A DNA stretch of 64,000 nt from assembly GCA_963717145.1 (NCBI GenBank), contig OY970325.1, positions 992,001-1,056,000 on the forward strand. Direction: 5' to 3'. The position numbers and the translations under genes were made by a program. Position 1 is the stretch's first letter, and the number at the start of each line of letters is the position of its first letter. The notes under the pieces are model-generated. The model saw only the letters and a list, made by a program, of their open reading frames with translations. It was not told where the DNA came from and ran no database searches. Below, piece by piece: positions 48,791 to 59,254 of this stretch. This stretch comes from an uncultured Armatimonadetes bacterium (lineage in GTDB: Bacteria; Armatimonadota; UBA5829; DTJY01).

Positions 48791-49864
48791 TCATTCATCG
48801 ACCCCGGCGCCGGTGTCGATGGTGAGCCTGTATGCCTTCCCGCCGGCGCGCTCAAGTGCTTCCGCTACTTCCTCTTCGGAGCCGGGCGCGTAGACGAACA
48901 TGCATCCTCCGCCGCCCGAGCCGTTGATCTTCCCACCGAGGGCGCCTGCATCCATCGCGGCTTCGAGCATGGCATCGACCCTCGGGGTCGAGACGCCGAT
49001 ACCATCGCGCAACTGCTCGTGATGCTTGTAGAGGAGGCTGCCGAGTTCGGGCGGGTTGATGCTGCCCGACCGGAGCATCTTCATCGCCTCGACGGTGATG
49101 TCGCGGTTGATGAGGTTCGCCCGCACCTTGCGCCGAACGTTCTCCGGCGTGCGGTCGAGAAGCTCCCAGACCGCCTCCTTCGGAGTCGTGTGGAGATCGA
49201 AGCCGGGGAATGCCTTAGACAGGAACTCGATGCCCTGCTGGACGTCACCGTGCGAGCTGCCGAGGATGCCGAGAGTCTCCTTCGTCTGGAGCGAGTCGCC
49301 GAGTACGAAGCCGTCGAGCTTGATCGGCAGGTGCTCGGCATTGAACGGCGGCCGGCAGTCGACGTGGATGAACCCGCCGAGCGCGGCCGCGAAGTGGTCC
49401 ATCATCCCGCCCGGCTCGCCGAACTCGACGACCTCCGCCTGGTGTGCGAGTCGGGCCAGGTCTTCGGCATCCCCAACATCGGGGGTTCTCCGGCGAGCCT
49501 CCGATAGCCAGAGAATCCACGCCACGATCATCGCCGAGGAACTGGAGACTCCGGCTTTGATCGGGATCGTGCTGTGGAACGTGCAGTCCCATCCGTGGGT
49601 CATACTCCAGCCGGACCGGCGCAGGACGTTGATGCTCGATCGAAGGTAGTCGCGCTCCTTGGCGTACGTCAGGTCGCCCGCGAGGTCGATGGTATCGTGC
49701 TCGCCGATGTCCGGCATCTCGATCTCGATCAGTGAGTCATCGCGGGGAGTGCCCTCGATATGGAATCGGAGGTCGATTGCCGCCGCGACGACGGGCAGCC
49801 CGAGGAAGTCCTGATGCTCGCCAAACAAGCATATGCGTCCGGGAGCTGAGACATGCAGGATCAT
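48791..49864 (-). CDS. GHMP sugar kinase (galactokinase-like)
   Basis: APGRICLFGEHQD, PIKAGVSSS, GGMMD, GKINGSGGGGC. Confidence 0.88.
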   Translation of the reverse strand: MILHVSAPGRICLFGEHQDFLGLPVVAAAIDLRFHIEGTPRDDSLIEIEMPDIGEHDTIDLAGDLTYAKERDYLRSSINVLRRSGWSMTHGWDCTFHSTIPIKAGVSSSSAMIVAWILWLSEARRRTPDVGDAEDLARLAHQAEVVEFGEPGGMMDHFAAALGGFIHVDCRPPFNAEHLPIKLDGFVLGDSLQTKETLGILGSSHGDVQQGIEFLSKAFPGFDLHTTPKEAVWELLDRTPENVRRKVRANLINRDITVEAMKMLRSGSINPPELGSLLYKHHEQLRDGIGVSTPRVDAMLEAAMDAGALGGKINGSGGGGCMFVYAPGSEEEVAEALERAGGKAYRLTIDTGAGVDE

Positions 49865-51792
49865 TGGTTACTTGTCCCCCCGGAGAAGACGATCCTCCCG
49901 AAGCGAATCGGTGTATGGAATGAGCCGTAGGTTGGCGACCAGCATGCGTTCTCCGGCTTGGGCAGCGTGACCACTCTGTTCCGGCAGAAGTTCGCCCGCC
50001 ACACGGTCCCCATCGCGGGGGCAGATATCTTCAGTTCAGACCATGGAATCGCCATCTCTGCCTTCCAGAAACCCTTCTCCCTGGACATCACCGCCTGCCA
50101 CTGAGGATTGAAATCGAGATCGTAGACCAGCGCCTCGTACTTCACGCCACTGGTATTCAGCGCGAAGTGATAGTAGTCGCCGCTGTCCTTGCGCGGCTGC
50201 AGGAATACCTCTACAGAATCATCATTGAACACCGGTCCGTCGTGTTCCGTGACCGTCGTCTTCAGTTCATCCATATGTGGCTCGAAGCACTGAAAGCCGA
50301 TGTAGATATTCTGCTCGTCAGAGGCCAGGAATGCCTCCGTCGGCTGCCCAGCAGACCCGCCGACGTTGTTGTAGAGCAGGGAGATCCTCACGGCCTGGTC
50401 CCACATCGGGTCGTCGAGCTTGCTATCGATGACCGGCGCGGACGACACGCGCGGCACTTCCACCTCAGGAAGCGGTACCAGCTCAGCGGGGATGAAGATC
50501 GGTGGGGGAGTCGGGGTCGACCGCCCCATTCCGAGCTTGCGGTAGGATGTCCAGTCCATCAGCTTCTTCGCGGTCTCGGTCTCCGTCTGAGCCTGAAGCA
50601 GCGGGTCGAAATCGATCCCCTCCCTGAGCTTGCTCCCCGCGGACGACAGCAGGACCTTCGCCTTCTCGAGAGGGGAGCGGAACGGCAGTGCCGCCTTCTT
50701 TCGGAACGGGCCGTTCCTCAACGCCTCCAGCCGGGACTTGTCGAGGTATGCCGTGGCGAAGAGGATCACCCCGTCTACGGGATGCATGCGGGCGATCTGT
50801 ATCTGATCGAGCATCGGCTTCGATTCCTTCTGCGCAAGGAGGCCGATGCCGGGAGCGACAAGCGCTTCGAAGTGGATGCGGTCGGTCGTCGCCTCCTGCC
50901 GGGTCATAAAACTCAGGAGGTCCGTTGTATAATCCATCGGGGCGAGGAAATCGACCCAGGTGTTGAGCGCCCAGTGCTCCCAATCCTGGAGGTAGTTCAG
51001 CCTCGCCTGATCGGGGTACGACGCGACTGCCGCCGATATCTGAAGGCTTGGGCGGATCGATTTTATCTCCTGCGAGACCTCGCGCACGAAGCTGTTGATC
51101 TGCTCCTCCCGCCAGAGATGCCAATCGACAGCTTCCTTTGTGAACGGCTCGATGCCGATCGGATCGATGCCTCTCTCCCGCTGATACATGGCGCGGGCGA
51201 TGGGATTGTAGTCATGGCTAGCGCTCGGATAGCGAATGTAGTCGAGCTGGACGCCGTCGATAGGGTATTTCTCGACGAGTTCCTTAAGCGCGCTCAGGAG
51301 CAGGCGCCGGACTCCCGGAACGGACGGTGACAGCCAATAGGCGCCGCTCTCGGTCACGTCCCTGCCATTCTGATCGAGCATGGCCCAGTTTGGATGGAGC
51401 GGGAGTATGCCCCCCTTGTCCTTGGTGTATCCGGCACGGAACACGCTGACCAGGGGATGGACCTCGATCCCGTTCTTGTGTGCCTCGTCGATCAGAATCC
51501 TGAGCATGTCGATGCCGGGAAACAGGTCCTTCTGCACGAGGTAATCGCTCTTGTAGCAGGAATAGCCGTTGAAGATGGCATCGGGCAGCACGAGGTTGAT
51601 CCCGGCCCTTGCGTAGGATCGGATCAGGTCGCGGATGCCCTTCTCGGTCTTCGGGATGCTGTTCTTGTCCATCCAGACGCCGCGGATCTCAACGGGACGT
51701 GAGTACGTTTCCTCCGCAGCCAGCAATGGCGTGACCATCAGGACCAGAAGCGCGAGTAACGAGTAACAACTGAACGGTGAACGGTGTGTCAT
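49861..51792 (-). CDS. Secreted GHL10-like glycoside hydrolase with a C-terminal CBM9-like domain
   Basis: EIRGVW, DGVQLDYIRYP, APMDY; then IDSKLDD..DDSVEVFL..AEMAIPW..WRANFCR. Confidence 0.83.
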   Translation of the reverse strand: MTHRSPFSCYSLLALLVLMVTPLLAAEETYSRPVEIRGVWMDKNSIPKTEKGIRDLIRSYARAGINLVLPDAIFNGYSCYKSDYLVQKDLFPGIDMLRILIDEAHKNGIEVHPLVSVFRAGYTKDKGGILPLHPNWAMLDQNGRDVTESGAYWLSPSVPGVRRLLLSALKELVEKYPIDGVQLDYIRYPSASHDYNPIARAMYQRERGIDPIGIEPFTKEAVDWHLWREEQINSFVREVSQEIKSIRPSLQISAAVASYPDQARLNYLQDWEHWALNTWVDFLAPMDYTTDLLSFMTRQEATTDRIHFEALVAPGIGLLAQKESKPMLDQIQIARMHPVDGVILFATAYLDKSRLEALRNGPFRKKAALPFRSPLEKAKVLLSSAGSKLREGIDFDPLLQAQTETETAKKLMDWTSYRKLGMGRSTPTPPPIFIPAELVPLPEVEVPRVSSAPVIDSKLDDPMWDQAVRISLLYNNVGGSAGQPTEAFLASDEQNIYIGFQCFEPHMDELKTTVTEHDGPVFNDDSVEVFLQPRKDSGDYYHFALNTSGVKYEALVYDLDFNPQWQAVMSREKGFWKAEMAIPWSELKISAPAMGTVWRANFCRNRVVTLPKPENACWSPTYGSFHTPIRFGRIVFSGGTSNQ

Positions 51793-51919
51793 CTGTACAT
51801 CCCCTCATCAACGGGTGTTGGTGCGGATTGGTAATCCGGCACCCAGGGGCAAATCGGCATCTGTGATGCCATGCCAGGGTCGCGGGATCACAGATCCCCA
51901 TCTGCCGGAGCGGGTCGGA

Positions 51920-52690
51920 TTACAAATCCGCCCGAACAGCGCTGCATACGGATTCAACTGCCTGGCGCGCCACGTCCGGCTTGTTGCTGATGATGCCGTC
52001 GACGCCGCCCAGGACGCATTCGCGTGCTCTCTCGAAATCGTCGACCGTCCAGACCCAGACGCTCAGTCCTCGGCGTTTGGCGGCGTCCACCAGGTCGGGA
52101 CTCAGGAGGTCGTGCGCAATGCCGACGATATCCGCGTGATACATCATTGCATCATCGATGATCTTCGGCGCCCGAGCGACCTTGTCCTCGGCAGGTCCGC
52201 CGACGAGATACAGGAATGACAGCAGCGGATTGGCAGCCTTCACGATCGGCCCGTTCGAGCCGTCGAACGCGAAGATGACGGTCCGACCGACGTGCCCCGC
52301 CTTCTCGACGATGCGCACGACATCCTCTGCGAGGCCGGGAACCTTCAGCTCGATGCAGTACCCGACGTTCGCCGGAACCGCATTGAGTGCTTCTTCGAGA
52401 GTTGGAATCTTCTCGCCCTTATACTCGGGGCCGAACTTGGCGCCCGCACTGGCAGCCTTGACCTCGTCCAGCGTCAGGTCCGCGATCTGGCCGCTGCCGT
52501 CCGTGCACCGATCGAGCGATCCGTCGTGCGACACGACGATCACGCCGTCCTTCGTGCGTCGGACGTCGTTCTCGATCAGGTTGAACCCCATCTCGACTGC
52601 CTTCTTGAACGCCGCAATCGTATTTTCCGGCGCGTAGCCCGATGCACCGCGATGGGCGATCACAATCGGCGCGCGTGGATCATTCTGCAT
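51920..52690 (-). CDS. Glycerophosphodiester phosphodiesterase
   Basis: IAHRGAS..PENTI, END..TKDG..HD, IPTLEE, VWTVD, GIISN. Confidence 0.92.
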   Translation of the reverse strand: MQNDPRAPIVIAHRGASGYAPENTIAAFKKAVEMGFNLIENDVRRTKDGVIVVSHDGSLDRCTDGSGQIADLTLDEVKAASAGAKFGPEYKGEKIPTLEEALNAVPANVGYCIELKVPGLAEDVVRIVEKAGHVGRTVIFAFDGSNGPIVKAANPLLSFLYLVGGPAEDKVARAPKIIDDAMMYHADIVGIAHDLLSPDLVDAAKRRGLSVWVWTVDDFERARECVLGGVDGIISNKPDVARQAVESVCSAVRADL

Positions 52691-52807
52691 GCCATGCCCT
52701 CCCTTGAACAGGATGGGTTTACTATAGCAGCGAGCCGATTTGGGTGTCAAACTGGAGTGAAGGGGACGGTGGGATGGGGGAGTCTGCGGGCGTCTGGGCT
52801 CTGGGCA

Positions 52808-53662
52808 TCAGGTCCTCGTGCCCTTGCCCTCTCTGGATTCCTCGCGCGTGCGGTAGACGGATGCGACCTCAGAACCGATGACCGTGATCAGCGAGACGTA
52901 GTAGATCCAGAGCATCAAGACGACGGCGCCGCCGATTGAGCCGTAGACCGCCGTGAACCCTGAGAAGTGGGTCGCATACAGGCCGAAGAGCCACTTCGCA
53001 AGCTCAAAGAGTATACCGGCGCTGATTCCCGCGATGAGAGGCCCCATGGTCCCCATATCAACGGTGGGCAGGTACTTATATATGATCAGGAACATCACCA
53101 CGGAGAGGACAACCGGCACGAGGGTTCCCAGCAGGTTCCATATCGGATCGAGACCGTTCGTTGCGCCGGGGATCCCGATGTCGAAGGCTCTGACTGCGGC
53201 GATCGACCAGGTTATGCCGATCGACAGGACGAAGAGAACGCCGGCTACGAGTACGAGTGCAATCGCCCGCAGTCTGGTCTTCAGGAGGCTCATCTGCCAC
53301 TTGACCCCCAGCGGGATGTTCATGGCCTTCTGAAGTATGACGAAGATCTGGCTCCCAGTCCAAAGCAGGCCAAGCAGTCCGAGGCCGCTCACCACACCCG
53401 GCGAGTTGCGAATGGCAGCCAGGTTCACGCGCAACTCCTCGGTTCCAACCGGGAAGTAGTCTGCGATCCGCCCCTCGACGACCGTGAATGCGCGATCCGA
53501 GCCGATGACATATCCCAGCGCTCCGATAGCCAGAAGCAGGAGTGGAATGAGAGACAGCAGCCCGAAGAACGCGGTCGCCGCCGCCACGAGACTGCCGTTG
53601 TCCCGAGAGAACTCGGCAAAGACGTCGCGAAGGAACCGGTAGACCCCTCTCAAGCTGCGCAT
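52808..53662 (-). CDS. YihY/BrkB family membrane protein
   Basis: AAATAFFGLLSLIP, IYKYLP, YGSIG..LMLWIY..GSEV. Confidence 0.88.
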   Translation of the reverse strand: MRSLRGVYRFLRDVFAEFSRDNGSLVAAATAFFGLLSLIPLLLLAIGALGYVIGSDRAFTVVEGRIADYFPVGTEELRVNLAAIRNSPGVVSGLGLLGLLWTGSQIFVILQKAMNIPLGVKWQMSLLKTRLRAIALVLVAGVLFVLSIGITWSIAAVRAFDIGIPGATNGLDPIWNLLGTLVPVVLSVVMFLIIYKYLPTVDMGTMGPLIAGISAGILFELAKWLFGLYATHFSGFTAVYGSIGGAVVLMLWIYYVSLITVIGSEVASVYRTREESREGKGTRT

Positions 53663-53697
53663 AGGCTGCGTGCCCTCCCATTGCGAAGTACGAAGGT

Positions 53698-53779
53698 TGG
53701 CAGGCGATGGAAACCATCGCCCAGTTGTTGGGGCGGGAGTTGAACTCCCGCCCCAACAACTGGCGGACATCGCCTGCCA
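53698..53779. repeat. Long palindrome
   Basis: 21-bp perfect arms CCAGTTGTTGGGGCGGGAGTT-G-AACTCCCGCCCCAACAACTGG inside an outer TGGCAGGCGATG/CATCGCCTGCCA stem. Confidence 0.85.
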
Positions 53780-53818
53780 GGCTGCTATACTATCCTGCGC
53801 AACAGGAGATTACTCCTG

Positions 53819-55462
53819 CTAGAGGCCGGTATTTACGCCGCGACCCGCCCGCACTTCGACGGAATAGGAGGAACCGGCGGCCCCGCTCGCAGCGATCTCG
53901 GTTGCGGTGATGATAAACGTCGTCGGATCCTCAGTGAGCTTGTACTGATTCCGAAGCTCACCGAAGCCGTAGGGGAACTCAGTCGTGACATCATGGAACG
54001 GCGCCGTGGCTGCCAACGGTTCAGTTTTCCAGATACCGTCGGCGCCCGCCTTGACCGTCTTCATGTCACTCAACCCCTCGATCGGCATCAAGCCCAGGAT
54101 GTTGCGTCGGAATTCCACCGTGACCCGCACCTCAGCGCCCGGGGTGGCGACGCCGGTCACTGCGACCGGGCTGGCGATATCCTCGCCCGCCCTCGGTGAG
54201 ATAATCCTCGGCAGGTACGAGGAGTCTGTGATGATCGTCAGTGACCTGGCAGTCAGAACCTGGAGCCGATTGCCTTCGGGGGTGACGAGCGTGATCTTGA
54301 CCGGCTGCCCGGGCAGGTCATCTCCAGGCTTGATCGCATACCGGCCGTCATACACACCCGGCGCAGATTCGGTCATACGGACGTCATTGGCGATGCCGGG
54401 AATGGTAAAGGATACCTTCGCCCCGGGCGATGCCTTGAGCGTGACTCGGAGGATGTCCCCGACATTCATCGGGCCGTAGGTATTGAGGGTTATGTTTGCC
54501 TGCTGTCCGGACGGCTGTGTAGCCGGCTGAACTGCGATCAGATACGTGTCACCGCTCATGGGGCCGATGCTGGCGATCACCTGGTCGCCGATCGACAGAT
54601 GCTTCAGGTTGCTTCCGACATTGCCCGGAAGTACCACCTCCGTCTCCTGGGATACGCTCAGTTTCCTCCCGCTGTCCAGCGTCACACTATCCTGGGAGAT
54701 TGAGTCCACCGCGCCTCGTACCTCCTGGTACTGCGCCCGCATGGCGTACACGATGCCCGCGTCGTTCAGTTGAAGTGTGACTCGATCGCCGGGCCGAACT
54801 TCTGCGAGCGGCACTTCCGTTGCCCGACCGCTCATCCCACCGCGCAGGATCGTCGCATCGCGGGCCACGGAGTAGTAAAGAAAACGGTTGCTGATCGCGG
54901 CAGCTATCGTCGAAGCATCGGGATTCACGCTGACTACCTCAGCGACAAGCCTCTGAGCCGTGGACTTAGTGCTCTGACTTCCGGGGCCGTATATGACTTG
55001 CGGAGTCTGATACGGGTCCGGGGGCAGTATCCAGATCCACCTGTACGCCTGCAGGGCCGGGTCCCACTGAAGGCCGGTGTAGAAGAAATCGTTGTAGAAT
55101 CTCAGCGGCGCGTAGAACCTGCCGAGGTGCATGAATGGCGCGACCGGGTAGGACACTCTCCTGCCGTTGATAGTCACGCCTTTGTCGCCGAGTCGTAATA
55201 ACGCCGTGCCGTGCTTGCCGGAGACGGTCAATACGCCCGATTTGACATCCCAGGAGACTCCTCCTCCCATTGCCTCAGCTACCTGGCGAACGGGAAGACA
55301 GGTCTCTCCCGAGACGATAGTAGTCTTTGTGTTCTTCAGGTCAAACTGGTCGTTGACCTTTACAGCTTTTGGTTTCGCGCAGATTGCGCTTCCTGCGATC
55401 AAGGCGGTCAGTGCCATCGCGAGGGAACATATCAGTAACAATCTGGTCTTCATGGTATACAC
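53819..55462 (-). CDS. Secreted protein with a copper amine oxidase N-terminal (stalk) domain
   Basis: LPVRQVAEAMGGGVSWD..INGR..APF..GRFYAPLRF; later MTESAPGVYDGRY Ig-like segment. Confidence 0.75.
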   Translation of the reverse strand: MYTMKTRLLLICSLAMALTALIAGSAICAKPKAVKVNDQFDLKNTKTTIVSGETCLPVRQVAEAMGGGVSWDVKSGVLTVSGKHGTALLRLGDKGVTINGRRVSYPVAPFMHLGRFYAPLRFYNDFFYTGLQWDPALQAYRWIWILPPDPYQTPQVIYGPGSQSTKSTAQRLVAEVVSVNPDASTIAAAISNRFLYYSVARDATILRGGMSGRATEVPLAEVRPGDRVTLQLNDAGIVYAMRAQYQEVRGAVDSISQDSVTLDSGRKLSVSQETEVVLPGNVGSNLKHLSIGDQVIASIGPMSGDTYLIAVQPATQPSGQQANITLNTYGPMNVGDILRVTLKASPGAKVSFTIPGIANDVRMTESAPGVYDGRYAIKPGDDLPGQPVKITLVTPEGNRLQVLTARSLTIITDSSYLPRIISPRAGEDIASPVAVTGVATPGAEVRVTVEFRRNILGLMPIEGLSDMKTVKAGADGIWKTEPLAATAPFHDVTTEFPYGFGELRNQYKLTEDPTTFIITATEIAASGAAGSSYSVEVRAGRGVNTGL

Positions 55463-55589
55463 CCCCTGGATGTTGTCCGCTGCTGCGTCGTCAGCGGTTG
55501 AGACGACTAGCGTCCTCTAGGGCGTATTTACCCGTGCTTCGGATGCCTGAACCGCGCTGGATCGAATCTCTGGCGCTTGGTAACAAATG

Positions 55590-55664
55590 CGACACCCCCG
55601 CTGTCAAGGTGTCTGGCGAGAAACGTGAAGTCCCTCCCAAACCACCTCGACAACGGGGGTGTCG
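55590..55664. repeat. Imperfect 22-bp inverted repeat
   Basis: CGACACCCCCGCTGTCAAGGTG versus the reverse complement of CACCTCGACAACGGGGGTGTCG (20/22). Confidence 0.6.
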
Positions 55665-55689
55665 AATCAACGGTATGACAAGCGCTCTA

Positions 55690-56373
55690 TTAGAAACGAG
55701 TCGTGAACGTCGCGCCGAACGCCAGGTCCTGGAAGTCGATGGTCGCGAGGTCCAGACGAATGTTATCCGACGCAGCGAACCGCAGGCCGGCGTTTACCTG
55801 GCTGTCATTGTCAAACCCCACGTCCACGAACTCCGCCATCAGGCTCAGGTTGCTCTGCAGGGTCCAGTCGAAACCTGCGAAGAGGCCATCGAAGACGCCG
55901 GAGCCGAACCCAGCCGTCAGCCGCAAGGGCCTGGAGGGCTGATCAGCGACATCGGAAGCGAATGCGGTGATGTTCTTACTAACCGCGAGGTAGAAGCTGG
56001 CGTCATTACTGAGCCAGTCTGCGGTTCCTCCCAGATCGAAGACGCCGACAAGAACAGCGGGCATATCAGCGGTCTCGGAAACAACCTGGTACTTGCCACT
56101 GAAGACTGCATCGCTCTGGCCGTCGTTCAGGAAACTCACCCCGACCTCGAGCTTGTCCGCGGCTCCGTACAGCACACCAAACGACGAGAGATCCTCACCG
56201 CCCAATACGTCAATGAACTGGTGATAGGATAGCTCCCACGTTCCCGGAGGGGCTACGGTAGCGTCAGGAGTCAGGATGTTCCCGCTGTAGCTACCAAGAA
56301 AGCTCTGCGCTCCGATAACCGGAAGCGCCAGTGCGAGCAACACAAGCGTTACTCCAACGATCCTCAAATACAT
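55690..56373 (-). CDS. Exported beta-barrel-like protein (YjbH-like)
   Basis: Signal peptide, SGNILTPDA, alternating beta pattern, C-terminal Phe; AGGAGG RBS. Confidence 0.65.
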   Translation of the reverse strand: MYLRIVGVTLVLLALALPVIGAQSFLGSYSGNILTPDATVAPPGTWELSYHQFIDVLGGEDLSSFGVLYGAADKLEVGVSFLNDGQSDAVFSGKYQVVSETADMPAVLVGVFDLGGTADWLSNDASFYLAVSKNITAFASDVADQPSRPLRLTAGFGSGVFDGLFAGFDWTLQSNLSLMAEFVDVGFDNDSQVNAGLRFAASDNIRLDLATIDFQDLAFGATFTTRF

Positions 56374-56743
56374 CAAAAAGTACCTCCTGTACCGTGGTTG
56401 GATACCCTGGGTCATTCTTCGGCCTACTGGAATTCGTGCGGTGCAACTCCGTGAGCCCGATAGATGCCCAAAGTCCACCAATGATTATACACCTTTCGGC
56501 GCGAAAGTAAACAGCTAGACTTGCATGCATGGCTTCCTTTCCCGTGCTTAGTTACATGATCGGCCTTGTGTATCCGACTATACATACGGGAATGGGCCGA
56601 TACGCCAGGATGCATTCGTGCAGAATTGGGTAAGAACAGGATTGCCGGGGAGTTGACGCTCAAGGGCTGATTCAGGTATCGTGGACCCGCCTCAATTCCC
56701 TTCGCCGAATGGCGAGTCACGGGTTTGACAAAGGAGAGCAGAA

Positions 56744-56983
56744 ATGCCGGATAAAGAGATCAAAGTGTACTCCACTCCCACGTGCCCATGGTGCAGAAAG
56801 GCCAAGGAGTACCTGGATTCCAAAGGAATCAGCTACGAGAACTACGACGTCGCCGAGCAGAAAGACAAACTCCAGGAAATGGTGGAGCTGTCCGGGCAGC
56901 GCGGAGTGCCCGTGCTTAAGATCGGAGACGAGGTAATTATTGGCTTCAATCAGCCGAAGATAGACCAGGCGCTGGGCGCATGA
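56744..56983 (+). CDS. Glutaredoxin-like protein (NrdH/YruB type)
   Basis: YSTPTCPWC, GVPV, IIGFN. Confidence 0.9.
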   Translation: MPDKEIKVYSTPTCPWCRKAKEYLDSKGISYENYDVAEQKDKLQEMVELSGQRGVPVLKIGDEVIIGFNQPKIDQALGA

Positions 56984-57004
56984 CGGGCCACGAGGACCTT
57001 CCTG

Positions 57005-58630
57005 ATGGCTGATATGCCTGTTTCACGAACTGTGGCGGACGCCTTCGTCGACCAACTGGCCGCGTGGGGCGTCCGCTTTATCTATGGCATTCCCGGCGGC
57101 TCGATACTGGCATTCGCGGAAGCAGTGGCGGAGTCCGACAAGATCAAGCTGATCCTCGTCCGACAGGAGTCCACGGCCTCTTTCATGGCTTCGGCCTACG
57201 GGAAACTTACCGGAAAGCTCGGCGTGTGTTTCGCGATCACCGGCGCAGGGGCCACAAACCTGATCACGGGTCTCGCCGACGCCGCCTGGGACCGTTCGCC
57301 GGTGCTGGCGGTGACCGGCCAGGTGCGGCATGATATAGTCGGCACCGATGCGTTCCAGGAGATCGATCAGTATGAGCTGTTCTCGTCCCTGACGGTGTAC
57401 AACGAGATGCTCCAGTCCGCCGAGCAGACGCCCGAGGTGCTCCTGCGGGCCATGCGCAGTGCCCTCGTCCGGCGGGGAGTCGCTCATATCGGTCTGCCGC
57501 GGGATTTGCAGTCTCAGGAATGCCGGACAGCCGCACGATCGGTCGACGAACTGATACCGCAACTCGGTCCTGCGCCTCCGGATGCGATACACCGGGCGAC
57601 CGAGGCGATCGGACGCGCGTCGAAGCCGGTGATACTCGCCGGCCGGGATGCCTGGACAGCGCGGGAGGAATTGGCGCGGCTCTCACACCTCATAGGTGCT
57701 CCGGTCGCAACCACACCTGCGGCCAAGGGAGTCTACGATGAGCACGATCCGCACGCCCTCGGAGTGCTCGGCAGGCAGGGTCTCCCATGTTCGGCGGAGA
57801 TCTTCGGACAGGCGGACATCGCCCTGCTGCTCGGCGCGGACATCGCCGAGCAGCGCCTCATACCTGATGTCCCAACCATACAGATCACGCCGAATCCCCT
57901 GGGCCTGGCGGAAGACCTGCGGATCGTGGTGTCACTGGAGGGAGATATTGCACTGACACTGCAGGCTATGATGGCACATATCCCGCAAGCCGATCGGCCG
58001 GACTGGGTGAGAGTGGCCGAGATGCAGCGCGCGGCATGTCATGTGCATTTCGCAGACGTGGTGGCCTCCTCGACAGGATGCGTTCACCCACGGGACGCGA
58101 TCGTGGCGCTCCAGAAGGTACTGGCGGACGATGCGATTGTGGCGGTGGACACCGGCGATATTACGTATTGGTACATGCAGTACTTCCGGGCGCGCCAACA
58201 GCACACACTGATGTCCGCCCATCTTGCCAGCATGGGCATCGCACTCCCGGGGGCGCTCGCGGCTCAGTTGGAGTATCCCCAGCGTCAGTGCCTGGCTATC
58301 TGCGGCGACGGCGGCTTCGGGATGATGATGGCCGACTTCACGACCGCCGTCAAGTACGACTTGCCGATCACCGTCCTGGTGCTCAACAACAGCGCCTATC
58401 TGCGCGTCACCAGCGAGGCCCTCGAGGCCGATCTTCCGCCCACGGTGCATACTCTGGTCAACCCCGATTTCGCCGCGTTTGCGGAGTGCTGCGGCGGATA
58501 TGGGCTCAGGGTGACCGAATCCGGCGATCTCGAACAAGCGCTGCGCGACGCTCTGACCTCCGACCGCCCTTCGCTCGTCGAAGTCGTCACGGACCCTAAT
58601 GTACTCGCAGTCCCGATGCTCGGGGCGTAG
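57005..58630 (+). CDS. TPP-dependent enzyme, pyruvate oxidase-like
   Basis: YGIPGG, GATNLITGL, VTGQV..FQEID, GDGGF..NN TPP motif. Confidence 0.88.
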   Translation: MADMPVSRTVADAFVDQLAAWGVRFIYGIPGGSILAFAEAVAESDKIKLILVRQESTASFMASAYGKLTGKLGVCFAITGAGATNLITGLADAAWDRSPVLAVTGQVRHDIVGTDAFQEIDQYELFSSLTVYNEMLQSAEQTPEVLLRAMRSALVRRGVAHIGLPRDLQSQECRTAARSVDELIPQLGPAPPDAIHRATEAIGRASKPVILAGRDAWTAREELARLSHLIGAPVATTPAAKGVYDEHDPHALGVLGRQGLPCSAEIFGQADIALLLGADIAEQRLIPDVPTIQITPNPLGLAEDLRIVVSLEGDIALTLQAMMAHIPQADRPDWVRVAEMQRAACHVHFADVVASSTGCVHPRDAIVALQKVLADDAIVAVDTGDITYWYMQYFRARQQHTLMSAHLASMGIALPGALAAQLEYPQRQCLAICGDGGFGMMMADFTTAVKYDLPITVLVLNNSAYLRVTSEALEADLPPTVHTLVNPDFAAFAECCGGYGLRVTESGDLEQALRDALTSDRPSLVEVVTDPNVLAVPMLGA

Positions 58631-58639
58631 GAGCACTGG

Positions 58640-58668
58640 TTGACATGGACCTCATGGAATGATATAGT
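58640..58668 (+). promoter_or_regulatory. Promoter of tRNA-Arg
   Basis: TTGACA-17 bp-TATAGT. Confidence 0.72.
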
Positions 58669-58683
58669 ATTGGCGTGTGATTC

Positions 58684-58759
58684 GCGGCTGTAGCTCAATG
58701 GATAGAGCATCAGTCTTCGGAACTGAGGGTTGGGGGTTCGAGTCCCTCCAGCCGCGCCA
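58684..58759 (+). tRNA. tRNA-Arg (TCG)
   Basis: Acceptor GCGGCTG/CAGCCGC, anticodon arm TCAGT-CTTCGGA-ACTGA, GTTCGA, encoded CCA. Confidence 0.93.
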
Positions 58760-58779
58760 AGCTATGCGGCAGTGGTACC

Positions 58780-58847
58780 GCACTGTCATTCTGAGCAGAG
58801 CGAAGAATCTTGTCTCAGATTCTTCGCTTCGCTCAGAATGACAGTGC
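58780..58847. repeat. GTCATTCTGAGC/GCTCAGAATGAC palindromic repeat
   Basis: GCACTGTCATTCTGAGC..GCGAAGAATCT..AGATTCTTCGC..GCTCAGAATGACAGTGC. Confidence 0.85.
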
Positions 58848-58852
58848 AAGGG

Positions 58853-58881
58853 TTGACAAACGGCTGCAGAGCAGCTATAAT
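58853..58881 (+). promoter_or_regulatory. Promoter of the tRNA-Lys/Leu/Gly cluster
   Basis: TTGACA-17 bp-TATAAT, exact consensus. Confidence 0.8.
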
Positions 58882-58910
58882 CTGCGTGTTTTACGGACAG
58901 TCGAGGTTCT

Positions 58911-58986
<76 letters not shown>

Positions 58987-59052
58987 TCCCATAACATATA
59001 CGAGTCAGCGTCGTAGAAGCCGGCACTGCGCTCGCAGGCGGAACGCGATCAC

Positions 59053-59136
59053 GGGCGAGTGGTGGAATGGCAGACACGCTAGATTTAGGATCTAGTGCCG
59101 CAAGGCGTAGGAGTTCAACTCTCCTCTCGCCCACCA
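59053..59136 (+). tRNA. tRNA-Leu (TAG)
   Basis: CTAGA-TTTAGGA-TCTAG, long variable arm, acceptor GGGCGAG/CTCGCCC, CCA. Confidence 0.95.
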
Positions 59137-59172
59137 GGGAAGTACGAGTACCGGGACGCAGTCGAGACACGT

Positions 59173-59247
59173 GCGGGAGTGGTTCAGTGGTAGAACGCCA
59201 CCTTGCCAAGGTGGATGTCGCGGGTTCGAATCCCGTCTCCCGCTCCA
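59173..59247 (+). tRNA. tRNA-Gly (GCC)
   Basis: CCACC-TTGCCAA-GGTGG, acceptor GCGGGAG/CTCCCGC, CCA. Confidence 0.95.
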
Positions 59248-59254
59248 TGAAAGA

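Noticed and set aside
56374-56743. Riboswitch or ncRNA in this and other long intergenic regions (11192-11517, 32797-33093, 51793-51919)
   Set aside because: No family consensus recognised by eye; an Rfam/Infernal scan would be needed
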